Assembly: GCA_040954595.2 (NCBI GenBank)
Contig: CM082590.2
Coordinates: 6,076,001 to 6,140,000 of the forward strand
DNA: 64,000 bases
Source of the DNA: Balanoglossus misakiensis
Taxonomy: Eukaryota > Animalia > Hemichordata
Reading direction: 5' to 3'
A program made the translations under genes and the position numbers. Shown in pieces: positions 27,001 to 36,262 of the stretch (position 1 is the stretch's first letter; the number at the start of each line of letters is the position of its first letter). The notes under the pieces are model-generated. The model was not told the DNA's origin. It did no database searches and was given only the letters and a program-made list of their open reading frames with translations.

Positions 27001-30000
27001 TCGTCGGCCATGTGTTTCCGAAGAGAGTTGAAACATAGTTTCGTTTGGTGATTTATTGTCATTTAGTGGAATCGGTGACCACCGCACACCCGATTTTGCC
27101 TAGTCTCGGTTACCCAGACGCCTTTGCTTCTTCCGATGCTCTCCAGCAGAAAAGGGTCTGGGGAAATACTATTGAAAGCTTTGTAAAACAAAATGGCCGA
27201 TGTCAGGATTTTGATCATCGCCTGATTGGCTGAGCTGTCAGTATGACCCGGGTCACTGACTCTCGACAATGTGTGATTATTTGTCGTATCTTCATATCAA
27301 GAGACCGGTACTTGTTGGTTGATGCGAAAGGCAAAAGGCGTCCTCTGTTAGCATTGTTGGAGAAATTATATGAAATATCTTTGGTAGACGATTGTCGAAA
27401 CTATTGCAATGACCCGGGTCATACTGACAGCTCAGCCAATCAGGCGATGATCAAAATCCTGACATCGGCCATTTTGTTTTACAAAGCTTTCAATAGCATT
27501 TCCCCAGACCCTTTTCTGGAGAGCATCGGAAGAAGCAAAGGCGTCTGGGTAACCGAGACTAGATTTTGCCTGAAATTCGCTTAAAATATGGCGGTCTTGG
27601 GGACTTTTTAATTTGCATTGTGGACACAACTGACTGTTCCTGTTTAAGTTTCGCCCGTAGGCAAGAATTTTGTGTCATTCCTGAATTTTTCGCGTACATC
27701 CGCGAAATTCCAACGTTTATCACCCAGTTTTCGGTTGATATTATCGGGTACTTCAGGGATGGTTATCTGCCGTGAGAGTTCATAAGATTATTCTGGCTCC
27801 CCAACATGCTGGCTGACTTCGTGGAAATTATTCTTGTTTTGTTTTCATTCAATGGCGGTGAAGTTGTAGACAACTTAACTTTAGACATCTAAACCACGTG
27901 TACAGTTTTGGCCAGTGGGGAATGATCCTTTTATTACAGCTTTAACAAACATAAACCAGACTGTGACAAGAAGCAACATGGCATTACGTTGGTCGCTCTC
28001 GTGGCCATGTTACTTGCCAGTGCATTCATGCACAGACAATATTTTGCGAGCTTTGGCAAGCGCTAGACTTGTTTACTAGAACATTGCTTATAATTCATAA
28101 GCACTGTTTGTTTTTGTGCCTTCTATTCATACCTCTTCTATTATAAAATCAAAAGCAATCTCTCGCATGCTTACAGACTTCAAGCTGTCCAGATAAATTC
28201 TGTTGGTCTGACAGACAAACAAGAAAAAACAAACGATAAACACTGTTATATGGCTTCTTATATTTTATACAGCTTGGCCAAACCCCTTTGGATTTAGCAG
28301 TAGAAAAGTTGAAGGTATGTATCTATCAAGTCCAGACATGGTGGTAGTGTTATATCCTTGATCAAAACACTTGGTCAAAGACAGAACATCACCACAAATC
28401 CTTGTAATTGCTTGTAAACGCACATTGAGGACATGGTGTTTTGTAGGACAGACGTTGTAATGTCGGAGTTCAAGCTTCTTCACAGGTTGGGAACTTGAAT
28501 GGAATTAAAAAAGCTCAAAAAGCCTAGTCTGGATAACAATGCTGCTCACAGACTACTGCAGGTTTCTATGCAAATCAAACGCAGGATAGTCATGTGATAA
28601 TAATTAATTAATTATGCATATCACATGCATATTGCATGCATGATAGCTTCTCATTACATGCATAACACATCGAAATGTCAGTTTCAACATTTCAGACAGC
28701 GAAACCCAAGAGATGCTTTGTCTGTCCTGCCAACCCATCTCGGAAAATAAAAACAATATGTAACATAAAGTATTATGGTTAAAGTTTCATTGTTTATCCG
28801 ATAATATCCATTTAGTTTACGGCAAATGTACAATTAATCACATGCGAACAGAATGAAGCAGAATAAAGCAGGCCATGCAGATTTTCTGATGTTTAACTCA
28901 TACACTGCAATGATCGATATGTGTCAACACACTTCTGAGGGATTGGTAATGCTTTGTAAATGTTTAGACACATTTATGCTAGGTTTATTCACATCTTTTC
29001 TGAGATGAAAAATATAAGTATATAATTATCAAAAGAAGAGGTTCAGACATTGATATATTTCATAAACTATGTGTATTTTTCTTTCAACCTATAGCGAAAC
29101 CATGATGGGACAATGTTGTTGACATTGCTATCATATTCCCGTGTATCACTATCAACCAAGGTGAATTCCCATTTTATATATCAGTATTTTTGATATGTTA
29201 TCTGTACAATTTCCCCACATCTCCACACACAGAAAAAAATTCTGCAGTACAAGTACGGCAATATAAACCTACTTTATAGCATCATGTATCATGTAAGATA
29301 AAGGAATTTAGATTTTCATACCTAATACAAGCAACAATGTTAGTGCAGACACCTACAAAGTGGGACTACATCTGTGTTCATCACAGCACCCTGTAAAGAA
29401 GTAATATTAATTGTCGCGGTACATGTATGGCAATCAGAATCTAGCAATATGATATGAATGAGCATAGGGCATGCACATCATGAATGAAAGATTATTAGTC
29501 CACCTATCCAGAAAGAGAAACTACAGAAGAACAACAGAATAAAGTGAATTAAAGAATAGTAACTGTTTAAGAGTCTAACAAAGCTCTCTGAATCATACAT
29601 GTTAACAAATGAATTGATGAATCGTATGTACAAACTGTCGTGTTTGTACTGGATTCATAGAATGCTCTTTTTTCAGACAAAAGAATGATTGCACGAGTAC
29701 ACGTATCCCAGAAAGAGAAACTACGTCTTATTTACTTCGCGAAGAATGTATAAATGAATCCTCAATGTGTAGTATACTGTTGTTCTTGTGTTAGATACTG
29801 AAGGAATTCATTGGATGTGTTCTTTTTTCCAGAAAGCATTACTCAAAGCTGGAAAGATGGATCTAATCTTTGTTGAAAAACCCAGTTTGAAGAGTGAAGT
29901 CTTCGACCTGTCAGATGACACTTTGGATGAGAAGTTGACAGCCGTTTACAACAGTGGTGAGAAAGTAAAGGCAATTGTAGTTGGTGACAGCAAAGCGTTA

Positions 30001-33000
30001 TCAAGGTTAGATGTCCTTATGAAGGGTAGAGAAATAAGTTCATTAGTGTTATGTAATGTCGACATCAAGAAGGTGAGAAACATAAAGGTATCCGAAAGTC
30101 TCACTTTAATCAGTGTTAAGTCTTTTGATCCCGATAAAGTGGCTGGTTGGCTTTTGCCCTCAGCTAGGTATTTCACCTGCATTGATACTAAGATCCCTGT
30201 ACCATGGTCTATCCAACATTCTGGGTCATTTGAAATACTGAATGTAAGTCACTGTACCCTCCAAGTGAAAAGATCTCCTCAAGCAGACAGTATGAAAGTA
30301 AACAAATTACATGTAGCTTGTGGGAGTGTTAAACAGTTGTTCTTAAATAACAATGGTTTGACTGATCTGCAGGAGGACATTGGTTCAATTCCTGGTTTAT
30401 CATCATTGGATGTGAGTAACAATTCAATTAAGAGAATACCACCATCGTTGAGCAAACTTGTTGATTGTGAATACATCAGCATAGAAGGAAATCCAGCCAT
30501 AAACATACCACATGATATTTTAAGGGGTGGTAAGGAAGCTGTCTTGTCTTACCTGAAGGAATTTCTGAACACAAAGACGTTGCCTAACAGGAATGTCAAG
30601 GTAGTTCTCGTTGGTCATGAACGTGTAGGAAAAACAACTCTAGTGCAAGCATTGAAGGGTGAATCATCAGACGTGCAGAAAACTGATGGCATAGACATCT
30701 CGGAAATAAAGCTCAAAGAGAGAGATATTAAGTTGACCGTGTTTGATTTTGCTGGGGATGTAGATTTTCTGGAATCACATTCACTGTTTATTACAGATGA
30801 CAGTGTCTTTTTGGTCACCTTTGACCTCAGCAAATTTGCCATTAGTTCAACAACGAACAAGGTGTCATCTTCACATCAAATGGGGAGAATGAAATTGTGG
30901 TTGCAGACTGTGTTTGCATATGCTCCAAATTCCCAAGTTATTCTGGTAGGTACCCATGCTGATGCGCCAATGTTAAACAGGGCTGTGCTTGACTTGATTT
31001 GGCAGACGGTTCATGATACACTTGTTGAAATGAGAGACACACATCGCAAGCACTACCGGCAAAATATGCGCAAAGATTGCTTAGTGTGTCAGAACCAAGA
31101 TGGGCTGAAAAGAAAGAGTATGTTTAAGGGATTAGCTGGATATGTGAGTATTGATGGTGATGAGGATTTGGTTGATGAAAGTCAAATACCTCCTTCAGAA
31201 GGAAGAGCTCTGACTTCTTGTCCACACGTTGTTGGATATGTTGAGGTTTGCAGCACAGAAAAATTCCCAAATTGGATATTATACAAGGGGAATAAGAGCA
31301 TTGCACAGTTGCAAAAGGCACTAACAAAGGTTTGTGATAATCTTTTGGAATCAACAAACCCAGAAATCCCCGAAAAGTGGAATCTCTTGCGAGAGAACTT
31401 AAAATCAGAACGACTGAAACGTCCAAACCCAGTAATGACCTTCAAGGAATACCAGGAGATTGCTGGTAACATTGGAATTGACAAGGGTGTGACATTAGAT
31501 AATGCAACCAGTTTTCTGTGTAGTCAGGGTGACATAGTGGTTGATCCATCTAGATCTACAACTGGAGACAAGGGTCTGCAAGTGCTGGTAGTACTCGATC
31601 CCCATTGGCTGGCTAATAAATTGAAGACACTGATATCTTATGCAAGGGAAGATGGGTCTGGGGAATTCATTGATAACAATGGCATACTGTCAATGGAGAA
31701 CATGGTAAAAGCCTGGGCAGACATCGAAAGTGAATATCGTGGCTCACTTTTAGATGTTTTTACATCATTGCGTATCTGTTTTGCATTTGGCGAGGAACAA
31801 ACAACATCAGTTGAAGGAAAGAAGGGTTTTCTGTTTCCCTGTAAGTTACCAGTTGGTCAACCATCACAGAATGCATGGGACCCGTATCCCAAAGACACGG
31901 ACAGACAGGCTAGTCACCTTTATCCATTTGGATTTTTGCCTCCACTGTTTTTCTGTGATCTAATAGTAGCAGTCAACAGTGCTACCTTTGCAAAACCAAT
32001 TCACCCCACATACACACGAAATAACATTGTGTTTCTTTGCAATGAAAGGTTGGAACCATGTGGCGAATGTGTCAAGTCAGGTGGTTTTGATTGCAGTGTT
32101 AATGCTGCGCACCTTGTGCGTTTTGAGTTGCTTTACCATAGCAACAGTATCCTTGTCAGTGTTAGGGGACCACAGGCTTGTTGTCTCCTGCAACAACTCC
32201 AAGGCATCATGAAGGATGTTCTCAACACCCCTCAGTACATGAATGTTGATATGAAGGTACCAGAGTCCCTATCATGCCCACACTGTATTGTTCAACGTCA
32301 ACCTGAGATTGGGAACATGGAACAGTTAGGGAACAGTCTAATGTGCTCCATCCCCACATATCAGGGTCACCTGTTTCACAGCAGATTAGACCTACTACAG
32401 TGGCGAGGTGTACAAACACCAGTGTCTATCCAGTCTACACTTGACATGTCCAAAGACATGTGCTGCCCAAGTCACTTTGTTATGCTGTCGGTTAACACAG
32501 GCAGCCTATCAATTGTGGGTCAACTGACACAGTATGTGTTTTCCCACTTCTCTGATGGTTATGCAGTCCACTTGCTTTGTGAAAACCCACAACAGTTGCA
32601 TTTCATTGATTCCCCGGGCTATCGAGTTAGAAATGTGAATGGGTTTCTCAAGAAGTATGGCCCACATATGTGTAGAATTCTGAAGGTCATCGAGGTAGCA
32701 GGAGGTCTGTTGAAGTTTATTCCAGATCCAACTGGTACTGCTGCTGCAGCAGCAAAAACACTTCCAGCAATCGCTGGGAAAGCAGGTAACTTACTGTCAG
32801 AATTCTTGGATGATTTCGGTAGCAAGTATCCAGAATTGAAGGCCATACCCAAGGAGGCAAACCAAAAGTCCACGGAGGAGATAGATAAAATGAAATCATC
32901 ACCACACCGCAGAGATTTCCAACGCTTTCTCGGTAAAGCTGATGAAGATGGACAGTTTGGGGGCCTTCAGCCAATAGCATATGGCACAGGTGTCATTTGG

Positions 33001-33042
33001 GTTTGTGAAACTCACTTTCGTGAGCTGGCAAGTAAACAATAG
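131..33042 (+). CDS. Multi-exon ankyrin-LRR-ROC-COR (ROCO family, MFHAS1-like GTPase module, no kinase). Model join(131-160,5888-5986,7854-7952,9387-9485,12348-12446,16744-16842,19598-19696,23191-23289,29095-29160,29833-33042), about 1332 aa
   Basis: All modelled exons join in phase 0 with AG acceptors and GT donors (one GC donor). The joined frame is open and gives seven ankyrin repeats followed by LRR, ROC and COR. Exons 131-160 and 29095-29160 are less certain. Confidence 0.8.
1699..1899. mobile_element. PIF/Harbinger-like MITE
   Basis: TIRs GGGACTGGTCAGTTTCTTCGGCCTG / CAGGCCTAAGAAACTGACAAGTCCC; TAA on both sides (1696-1698, 1900-1902). Confidence 0.7.
2511..4472. mobile_element. Non-autonomous DNA transposon with subterminal TGCAG/TGCAAAC repeats (CMC/EnSpm-like); right tip lost
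   Basis: Starts CCCAGCAGGCA. 2565-2590 GCAGGATTCTGCAAACTCAATGCAAAC is the reverse complement of ~4413-4439. Both arms are rich in the same short motifs. Confidence 0.5.
3413..3606 (+). promoter_or_regulatory. Promoter-like motif cluster followed by a splice donor, inside the intronic transposon
   Basis: TTCCGG (ETS-like) 3413-3418, TGCGCATGCGCG (NRF1-like) 3441-3452, CCGCCATATT (YY1-like) 3461-3470, AG|GTAAAT at 3600/3601. Locally CpG-rich. Confidence 0.35.
4473..5510 (-). mobile_element. Helentron/DINE-like non-autonomous element
   Basis: Terminal hairpin GGTCCCAT...ATGGGACC, (GTAT)n microsatellite 4533-4578, internal ~240-bp tandem duplication. The other end (GGGCCCGCTATTGCTGCTTGCAGCTATATT) is shared with 40012-40045, and its 3' part is shared with 25840-26120. 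Confidence 0.6.
5888..5986 (+). CDS. Ankyrin repeat exon 1 (N-cap-like): DLINAAENGDVARIQSLITDGYDVNAKGEYKGW
   Basis: 99 bp, tag|GAT ... TGG|gtaagt, ankyrin consensus. Confidence 0.9.
7854..7952 (+). CDS. Ankyrin repeat exon 2: SGYTALHVAARENKLEAAQVLIDHGADVNAKNE
   Basis: 99 bp, tttcag|TCT ... GAG|gtaagt, TALH and GADVNA motifs. Confidence 0.93.
8700..9830 (+). repeat. Duplicated intron-exon-intron cassette, copy A (other copies ~11690-12505, ~16050-17155; partial copy 12510-12811)
   Basis: Near-identical sequence from GCTCGTGGCGCACTTC through the poly-C/poly-A tract, the exon and the downstream intron. Confidence 0.9.
9387..9485 (+). CDS. Ankyrin repeat exon 3 (duplicate A): NGRAPLHHAAWKGHGDVVRLLLQSNASVDVQTN
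   Basis: 99 bp, cacag|AAT ... AAC|gtaagt. Confidence 0.92.
10458..11530 (+). repeat. Intronic transposon-derived block, homologous to ~13060-13764 + 15014-16040 and ~24062-26540
   Basis: Long colinear matches, e.g. AAGCCTATAATAA.TTTCGCGATGTTGGCTAAACAGCCGTGG and GGCAGCCATAAAGCCAATGCAAACTTGAC. Confidence 0.85.
10805..10906. mobile_element. Tiny TAG..CTA MITE (AcademH-like); decayed copy at ~24408-24503
   Basis: TAGCTGTGGAAA...TTTCCACAGCTA with a degenerate 9-bp TSD (GATCTTCAG/TGTCTTCAG). The paralogous site at ~13366 (GGGTCTTCAGTTGAT) is empty. Confidence 0.65.
12348..12446 (+). CDS. Ankyrin repeat exon 4 (duplicate B): GGWVPLHYAAWNGSGDVVRLLLQSNASIDVQNN
   Basis: 99 bp, cacag|GGT ... AAT|gtaagt. 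Confidence 0.92.
12812..13060. mobile_element. Left end of a Kolobok-like DNA transposon inserted at TTAA (right end not found)
   Basis: TTAA|AGGTATACAGTCACC interrupts the cassette sequence TGCATGCTTAA|TGAAAC seen in the paralogous copies. Confidence 0.5.
13765..15013 (+). mobile_element. 5'-truncated L2/CR1-group LINE (RT C-terminal half, 3'UTR, (TTA)n tail)
   Basis: Uninterrupted ORF to 14902 with LDLSAAFDTV, GVPQGSVLGP, FYADD, LNDDKTE and HITPILYQLHWLPV. (TTA)n at 14981-15013. TTCAG duplicated at 13760-13764 and 15014-15018. Empty paralogous sites at ~11295 and ~24897. Confidence 0.93.
16744..16842 (+). CDS. Ankyrin repeat exon 5 (duplicate C): EGWVPLHYAAACGHGDVVTLLLQSNASVDVQTN
   Basis: 99 bp, cacag|GAA ... 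AAC|gtaagt. Confidence 0.92.
18500..19243 (+). repeat. Intronic block duplicated at ~26540-27770; an older related copy lies at ~20060-20650
   Basis: Near-identical colinear sequence, e.g. GTCCCGAAGACGGACACAAATTAGCACCTATGGC. Confidence 0.85.
19598..19696 (+). CDS. Ankyrin repeat exon 6: EGDTPIHLAAMRGQEGAALLLLKAKCSVNIQNK
   Basis: 99 bp, tttacag|GAA ... AAG|gtaagt. Confidence 0.93.
21415..21560 (+). mobile_element. Degenerate tRNA-derived SINE remnant
   Basis: B-box-like CGGGTCCAAACC followed by GTGTTCTTGAGCAAGA...TTGCTTCTCCCAACACAGGAGTAAAAGGG, which resembles the conserved core of invertebrate tRNA-SINEs (from memory). Confidence 0.4.
23191..23289 (+). CDS. Ankyrin repeat exon 7: DGDTPLHNAARKDRVNIVRLLLEYKADVNIQNK (GC donor)
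   Basis: ttgacag|GAT; 99 bp ends AAA|gcaagt. Confidence 0.88.
25541..26120 (+). mobile_element. Helentron/DINE-like element inserted into an A-run, no TSD
   Basis: Absent from the paralogous site at ~15630-15650 (GCTACAAAAACAACAGTGC). (CATA)n microsatellite and 3' hairpin GGTCCCAT...ATGGGACC. Reverse-complement match to 4476-4780. Confidence 0.65.
27101..27561. mobile_element. MITE with ~155-bp TIRs, TAG..CTA ends and a 9-bp TSD (AcademH-like)
   Basis: TAGTCTCGGTTACCCAGACG...CGTCTGGGTAACCGAGACTA. GATTTTGCC is duplicated at 27092-27100 and 27562-27570. Empty paralogous site at ~19032. Confidence 0.9.
29095..29160 (+). CDS. Candidate 66-bp linker/C-cap exon: RNHDGTMLLTLLSYSRVSLSTK
   Basis: Pyrimidine tract + tag|CGA ... 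AAG|gtgaat, phase 0-0 and open. With the following KALLKAG it resembles a degenerate capping ankyrin repeat. Confidence 0.5.
29833..33042 (+). CDS. Terminal exon: LRR + ROC GTPase + COR + C-terminal Cys/His region (1069 aa)
   Basis: ttttttccag|AAA is in frame with the 1084-aa ORF. LRRs LFLNNNGLTDL, LDVSNNSIKRIP and ISIEGNP (~30330-30500); P-loop GHERVGKTT (30613); TDGID; DFAG (30745); VGTHAD (~30946); COR-like IPEKW, VVLDPHWL, FLFPCKLP and LPPLFF. Confidence 0.93.
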   Translation, partial: KALLKAGKMDLIFVEKPSLKSEVFDLSDDTLDEKLTAVYNSGEKVKAIVVGDSKALSRLDVLMKGREISSLVLCNVDIKKVRNIKVSESLTLISVKSFDPDKVAGWLLPSARYFTCIDTKIPVPWSIQHSGSFEILNVSHCTLQVKRSPQADSMKVNKLHVACGSVKQLFLNNNGLTDLQEDIGSIPGLSSLDVSNNSIKRIPPSLSKLVDCEYISIEGNPAINIPHDILRGGKEAVLSYLKEFLNTKTLPNRNVKVVLVGHERVGKTTLVQALKGESSDVQKTDGIDISEIKLKERDIKLTVFDFAGDVDFLESHSLFITDDSVFLVTFDLSKFAISSTTNKVSSSHQMGRMKLWLQTVFAYAPNSQVILVGTHADAPMLNRAVLDLIWQTVHDTLVEMRDTHRKHYRQNMRKDCLVCQNQDGLKRKSMFKGLAGYVSIDGDEDLVDESQIPPSEGRALTSCPHVVGYVEVCSTEKFPNWILYKGNKSIAQLQKALTKVCDNLLESTNPEIPEKWNLLRENLKSERLKRPNPVMTFKEYQEIAGNIGIDKGVTLDNATSFLCSQGDIVVDPSRSTTGDKGLQVLVVLDPHWLANKLKTLISYAREDGSGEFIDNNGILSMENMVKAWADIESEYRGSLLDVFTSLRICFAFGEEQTTSVEGKKGFLFPCKLPVGQPSQNAWDPYPKDTDRQASHLYPFGFLPPLFFCDLIVAVNSATFAKPIHPTYTRNNIVFLCNERLEPCGECVKSGGFDCSVNAAHLVRFELLYHSNSILVSVRGPQACCLLQQLQGIMKDVLNTPQYMNVDMKVPESLSCPHCIVQRQPEIGNMEQLGNSLMCSIPTYQGHLFHSRLDLLQWRGVQTPVSIQSTLDMSKDMCCPSHFVMLSVNTGSLSIVGQLTQYVFSHFSDGYAVHLLCENPQQLHFIDSPGYRVRNVNGFLKKYGPHMCRILKVIEVAGGLLKFIPDPTGTAAAAAKTLPAIAGKAGNLLSEFLDDFGSKYPELKAIPKEANQKSTEEIDKMKSSPHRRDFQRFLGKADEDGQFGGLQPIAYGTGVIWVCETHFRELASKQ

Positions 33043-35759
33043 AGACATACTGATGTGGGTGTCACCCAAAGATTATCACAATACTCTATGTTAACATACG
33101 GTATTGTATCTGTGATACCACAATACATGTGCATGAATGTTACCAAAACATAAATCGAACATTTCCATCAATACACCCTAGCATCCATAATGTACTCTCA
33201 AACATCTCATGAGGGCGCAAGACTGGTAGATTCCAAACACTACAGAATTTGCATCTGGCCACACATGTACTACACAGTAACTGCATTTCCCATTGTGTAT
33301 ATAATGGCAGAGTTGTGACATTATTTCCAAGTACAAGGAATAATACTTATATACATTTTATTCGGATATATCCCATGAACAGTTCCAACAATGTCAAAGT
33401 TAGACAAAAGAATGAAATATTTCATGTTTGATCTGTGGTTAGAGATAGTGGGTATTGTTTTTAGATGACTGTAGGAAATTATACAATAGATCTTCCAGTT
33501 AGATGCTCCTTCACCATGTACCAGATAGCACCATGTTCATCGGCCAAAAGAAAGCATGGTCAAAGATAAGTGGATGAAATGACATGATGGGAACACTGCC
33601 CATGTAGTATCCTCTGTGCAGAGACCAATCCTATGAGTTGATACACAAAAATGTGGCCTTTCAATCTTCTTGTGAGAGAATTCACTTTGAGGTTGCATTT
33701 GTAACATAATCAAATGACCCAGGTTAATTGGATTGCAGTATCTCAATTTATATTTGCATTTAAAGTAGTGATTTCTTTTATAGACTAGTATACCACAACT
33801 GACATTTAACACATTCTGTTGATGTGTAGCCAAATCTATGTTTAATAGAGAGAGAAGGAGATTGTCTGTCTTTACACCAAGTACTTTTATGTATTGTGCA
33901 TCAATGTAGAATTATGTAACTTTTAAAAATTATCAAGAATTTTTTAATGTCCTCTTGAATCATGAATGTTTCCATTAAAACATTCATTTGCAAATTTCAA
34001 GTTTATCAATATACGGCAGTTTTTGGTGTGTTAATATAATACTTGCCTTTTGTTTCTTTTGTCTCATATTTTTATCGCTGAAAATGTATGCGGTTATGTT
34101 ATTTTTTTTTCTGTCACAAGTTTAATGTCTTTAAATATGCATATCAACATGTGATATATGCAAAATTTAATTGATGTACTAACAATCTTGACAGAAATGG
34201 CATATAGTGATTTCATTTCAGTTCTCTTGGATCAAAACCAGCTGTCTTAAAGTTAACATGCCGTCTGTCAGTGAATCCTTTTGTATGGGACCATTACTCA
34301 GACATTTGGGGACAGACTTTATTTCATGTTAACTCACTGTTCTCTTTATCCATTGATCCAGCAGGGACAAGGTTAATTGCAATGACAATATCTGCTTGTA
34401 TATTTAGTAATAGGACAAAAAAACTTCACCAGTTTCTGTGTTTAAGCTCAATAACCAAGGTTATTCTAATACTTTTTATACAATCCAATAATTTTGTCGA
34501 TAAAATACTTAAACCACAGCTTATTGTTATCGCTACAATACACACAAATTGGTAATACTCCCAAGTCTCAGTTAATGTTATGTTTCCTTTTAAAAGCTTT
34601 TTGTATATACGTTTTCTACATTGTGTTTTACAAAACCAAATGTGTGAATTATCAAGCTTGTAAATTCACCTCACAAATATCCCCCCACACAGAAACTGGC
34701 CAGCTTGGATTATTCAGTCTGATCTGATCCTTTTGTTTTGGATGTTGTTCCTGTAACAGCATCCCTTCTATGCTTTAAGCACATTTTCCCCGAATATGTT
34801 AACCTGGCTGGTCAATCCCTAGTTTATCAGTGTGAAGGTAAACTTGTAAAGTTAATAGACGTGGGTCAAACAGATGTGTTTAGCCAGTGCCCGTATTGGC
34901 CATGTGTACATCTGTGTCAGGGACAGCTGTCATGATTAGGACAACTTTGTTTGTATTGAATTATTTTAGAACATACTGAATTTACCTCTCATTTGAATTC
35001 TCTGTTTATGAGTCTTTCAAACTATATGTAAATTGCAGAGACAGATGCCACACAAAAACAAACACACAAATGAACATCAACTGGTTTGAAAAAAAAACTA
35101 CATCAATGATGTTATGGGCATATTAATAAGAATGATAGTGTTTTAAGATGTCTACATATACTAATAAAGAAGACAGGTTGATATTTCAATTATTGATGAC
35201 ATGTATTTGAAGAATTCATTCCAATATTGGCAATTTTGTTTGAATAAAATTGACACAATATTTTCAGAATTTGTTTGCACTATATTCATTTTAACTGAAA
35301 AATAATTCTTAAATCTACATTTAATTATGTAGTACCTTTTGTTGGAAGCCTTATTTATATACCCTTTCAATGTTCTATGACAGGACAATGAATATCCCAT
35401 TGGTCATCATTCAAATTGCGTTGCATTTGATTGAAATGATTTTCTGTTTATGTTTTCGCTAAATTATTTGAGGAATAATCTAAGCCCATACGAATAATTT
35501 GCGAGTCCAGGGGCTTAGGGACCAATTCATGGTTAGGGGGGGGGGGGGGCAAATGTAACCAATGTTCTGGTGGTGAATGACTTACAATGGAAATTTGCAC
35601 ACATAAATAAATTAAAATAATTAAATTAGTATATGAACAAATTAAAAGGACAAGTCATTACAATAGTTAGTAGAATTGGTAAAGGTGGGTTTGGGAGTGG
35701 GTGCCCCCCTCCCACGCTAGAAAATTTTATTAAATACAGAGCTCAAAGCTGCATTTTAA

Positions 35760-36262
35760 AGGCACGTAAGCTGCAACTGGATAAAAAATCAATGTTTTAG
35801 ATAATCTCATATATGCTTTTAATTATATCTATTAAATGCTATTTCATGATAATATATCAAGCTCAACACTTATTTATGACAAAATGGCCAAAAATTAAAG
35901 AAAAACGAAAATTCCTGAAATTTTTAAAAAAGTGCAATATTGCAATGAAAAATTAAAATCTGATGTCTAAGTGGTGTACATTTACTTCCATGAGCTCAAG
36001 TAGATGAGATCATGTTTTGTTTATGAAGTTTCACAACCGGAAATGCGACATTTCATTGTTTCTTTCATTTTCCCATGGTGGCGGCCATAATCGCTTGCGG
36101 CAAAGCTTTATTATTTATCTGGTTAAAACTTGCATATGCACTCATATTTAGGGTTTATGATGCCTGTGTATAGTTCACTGCCTTCATCTGCATGGACTAA
36201 TGGTAGTACAGTGTGAAACAAAAATTATGAAAATTATCCCACAAGTTACAGCTTACGTGCCT
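35760..36262. mobile_element. Kolobok-like MITE (TTAA TSD); right-end fragments also at ~37920-38051 and ~39580-39675
   Basis: TTAA|AGGCACGTAAGCTG ... CAGCTTACGTGCCT|TTAA. Confidence 0.8.

Noticed and set aside
29788-29832. ORF-track start of the 1084-aa protein
   Set aside because: Non-ATG start inside the polypyrimidine tract; the acceptor at 29832 better explains the frame.
29833-33042. Naming the gene LRRK1, LRRK2, DAPK1 or MFHAS1
   Set aside because: No kinase, WD40 or death domain, and orthology cannot be shown without a phylogeny.
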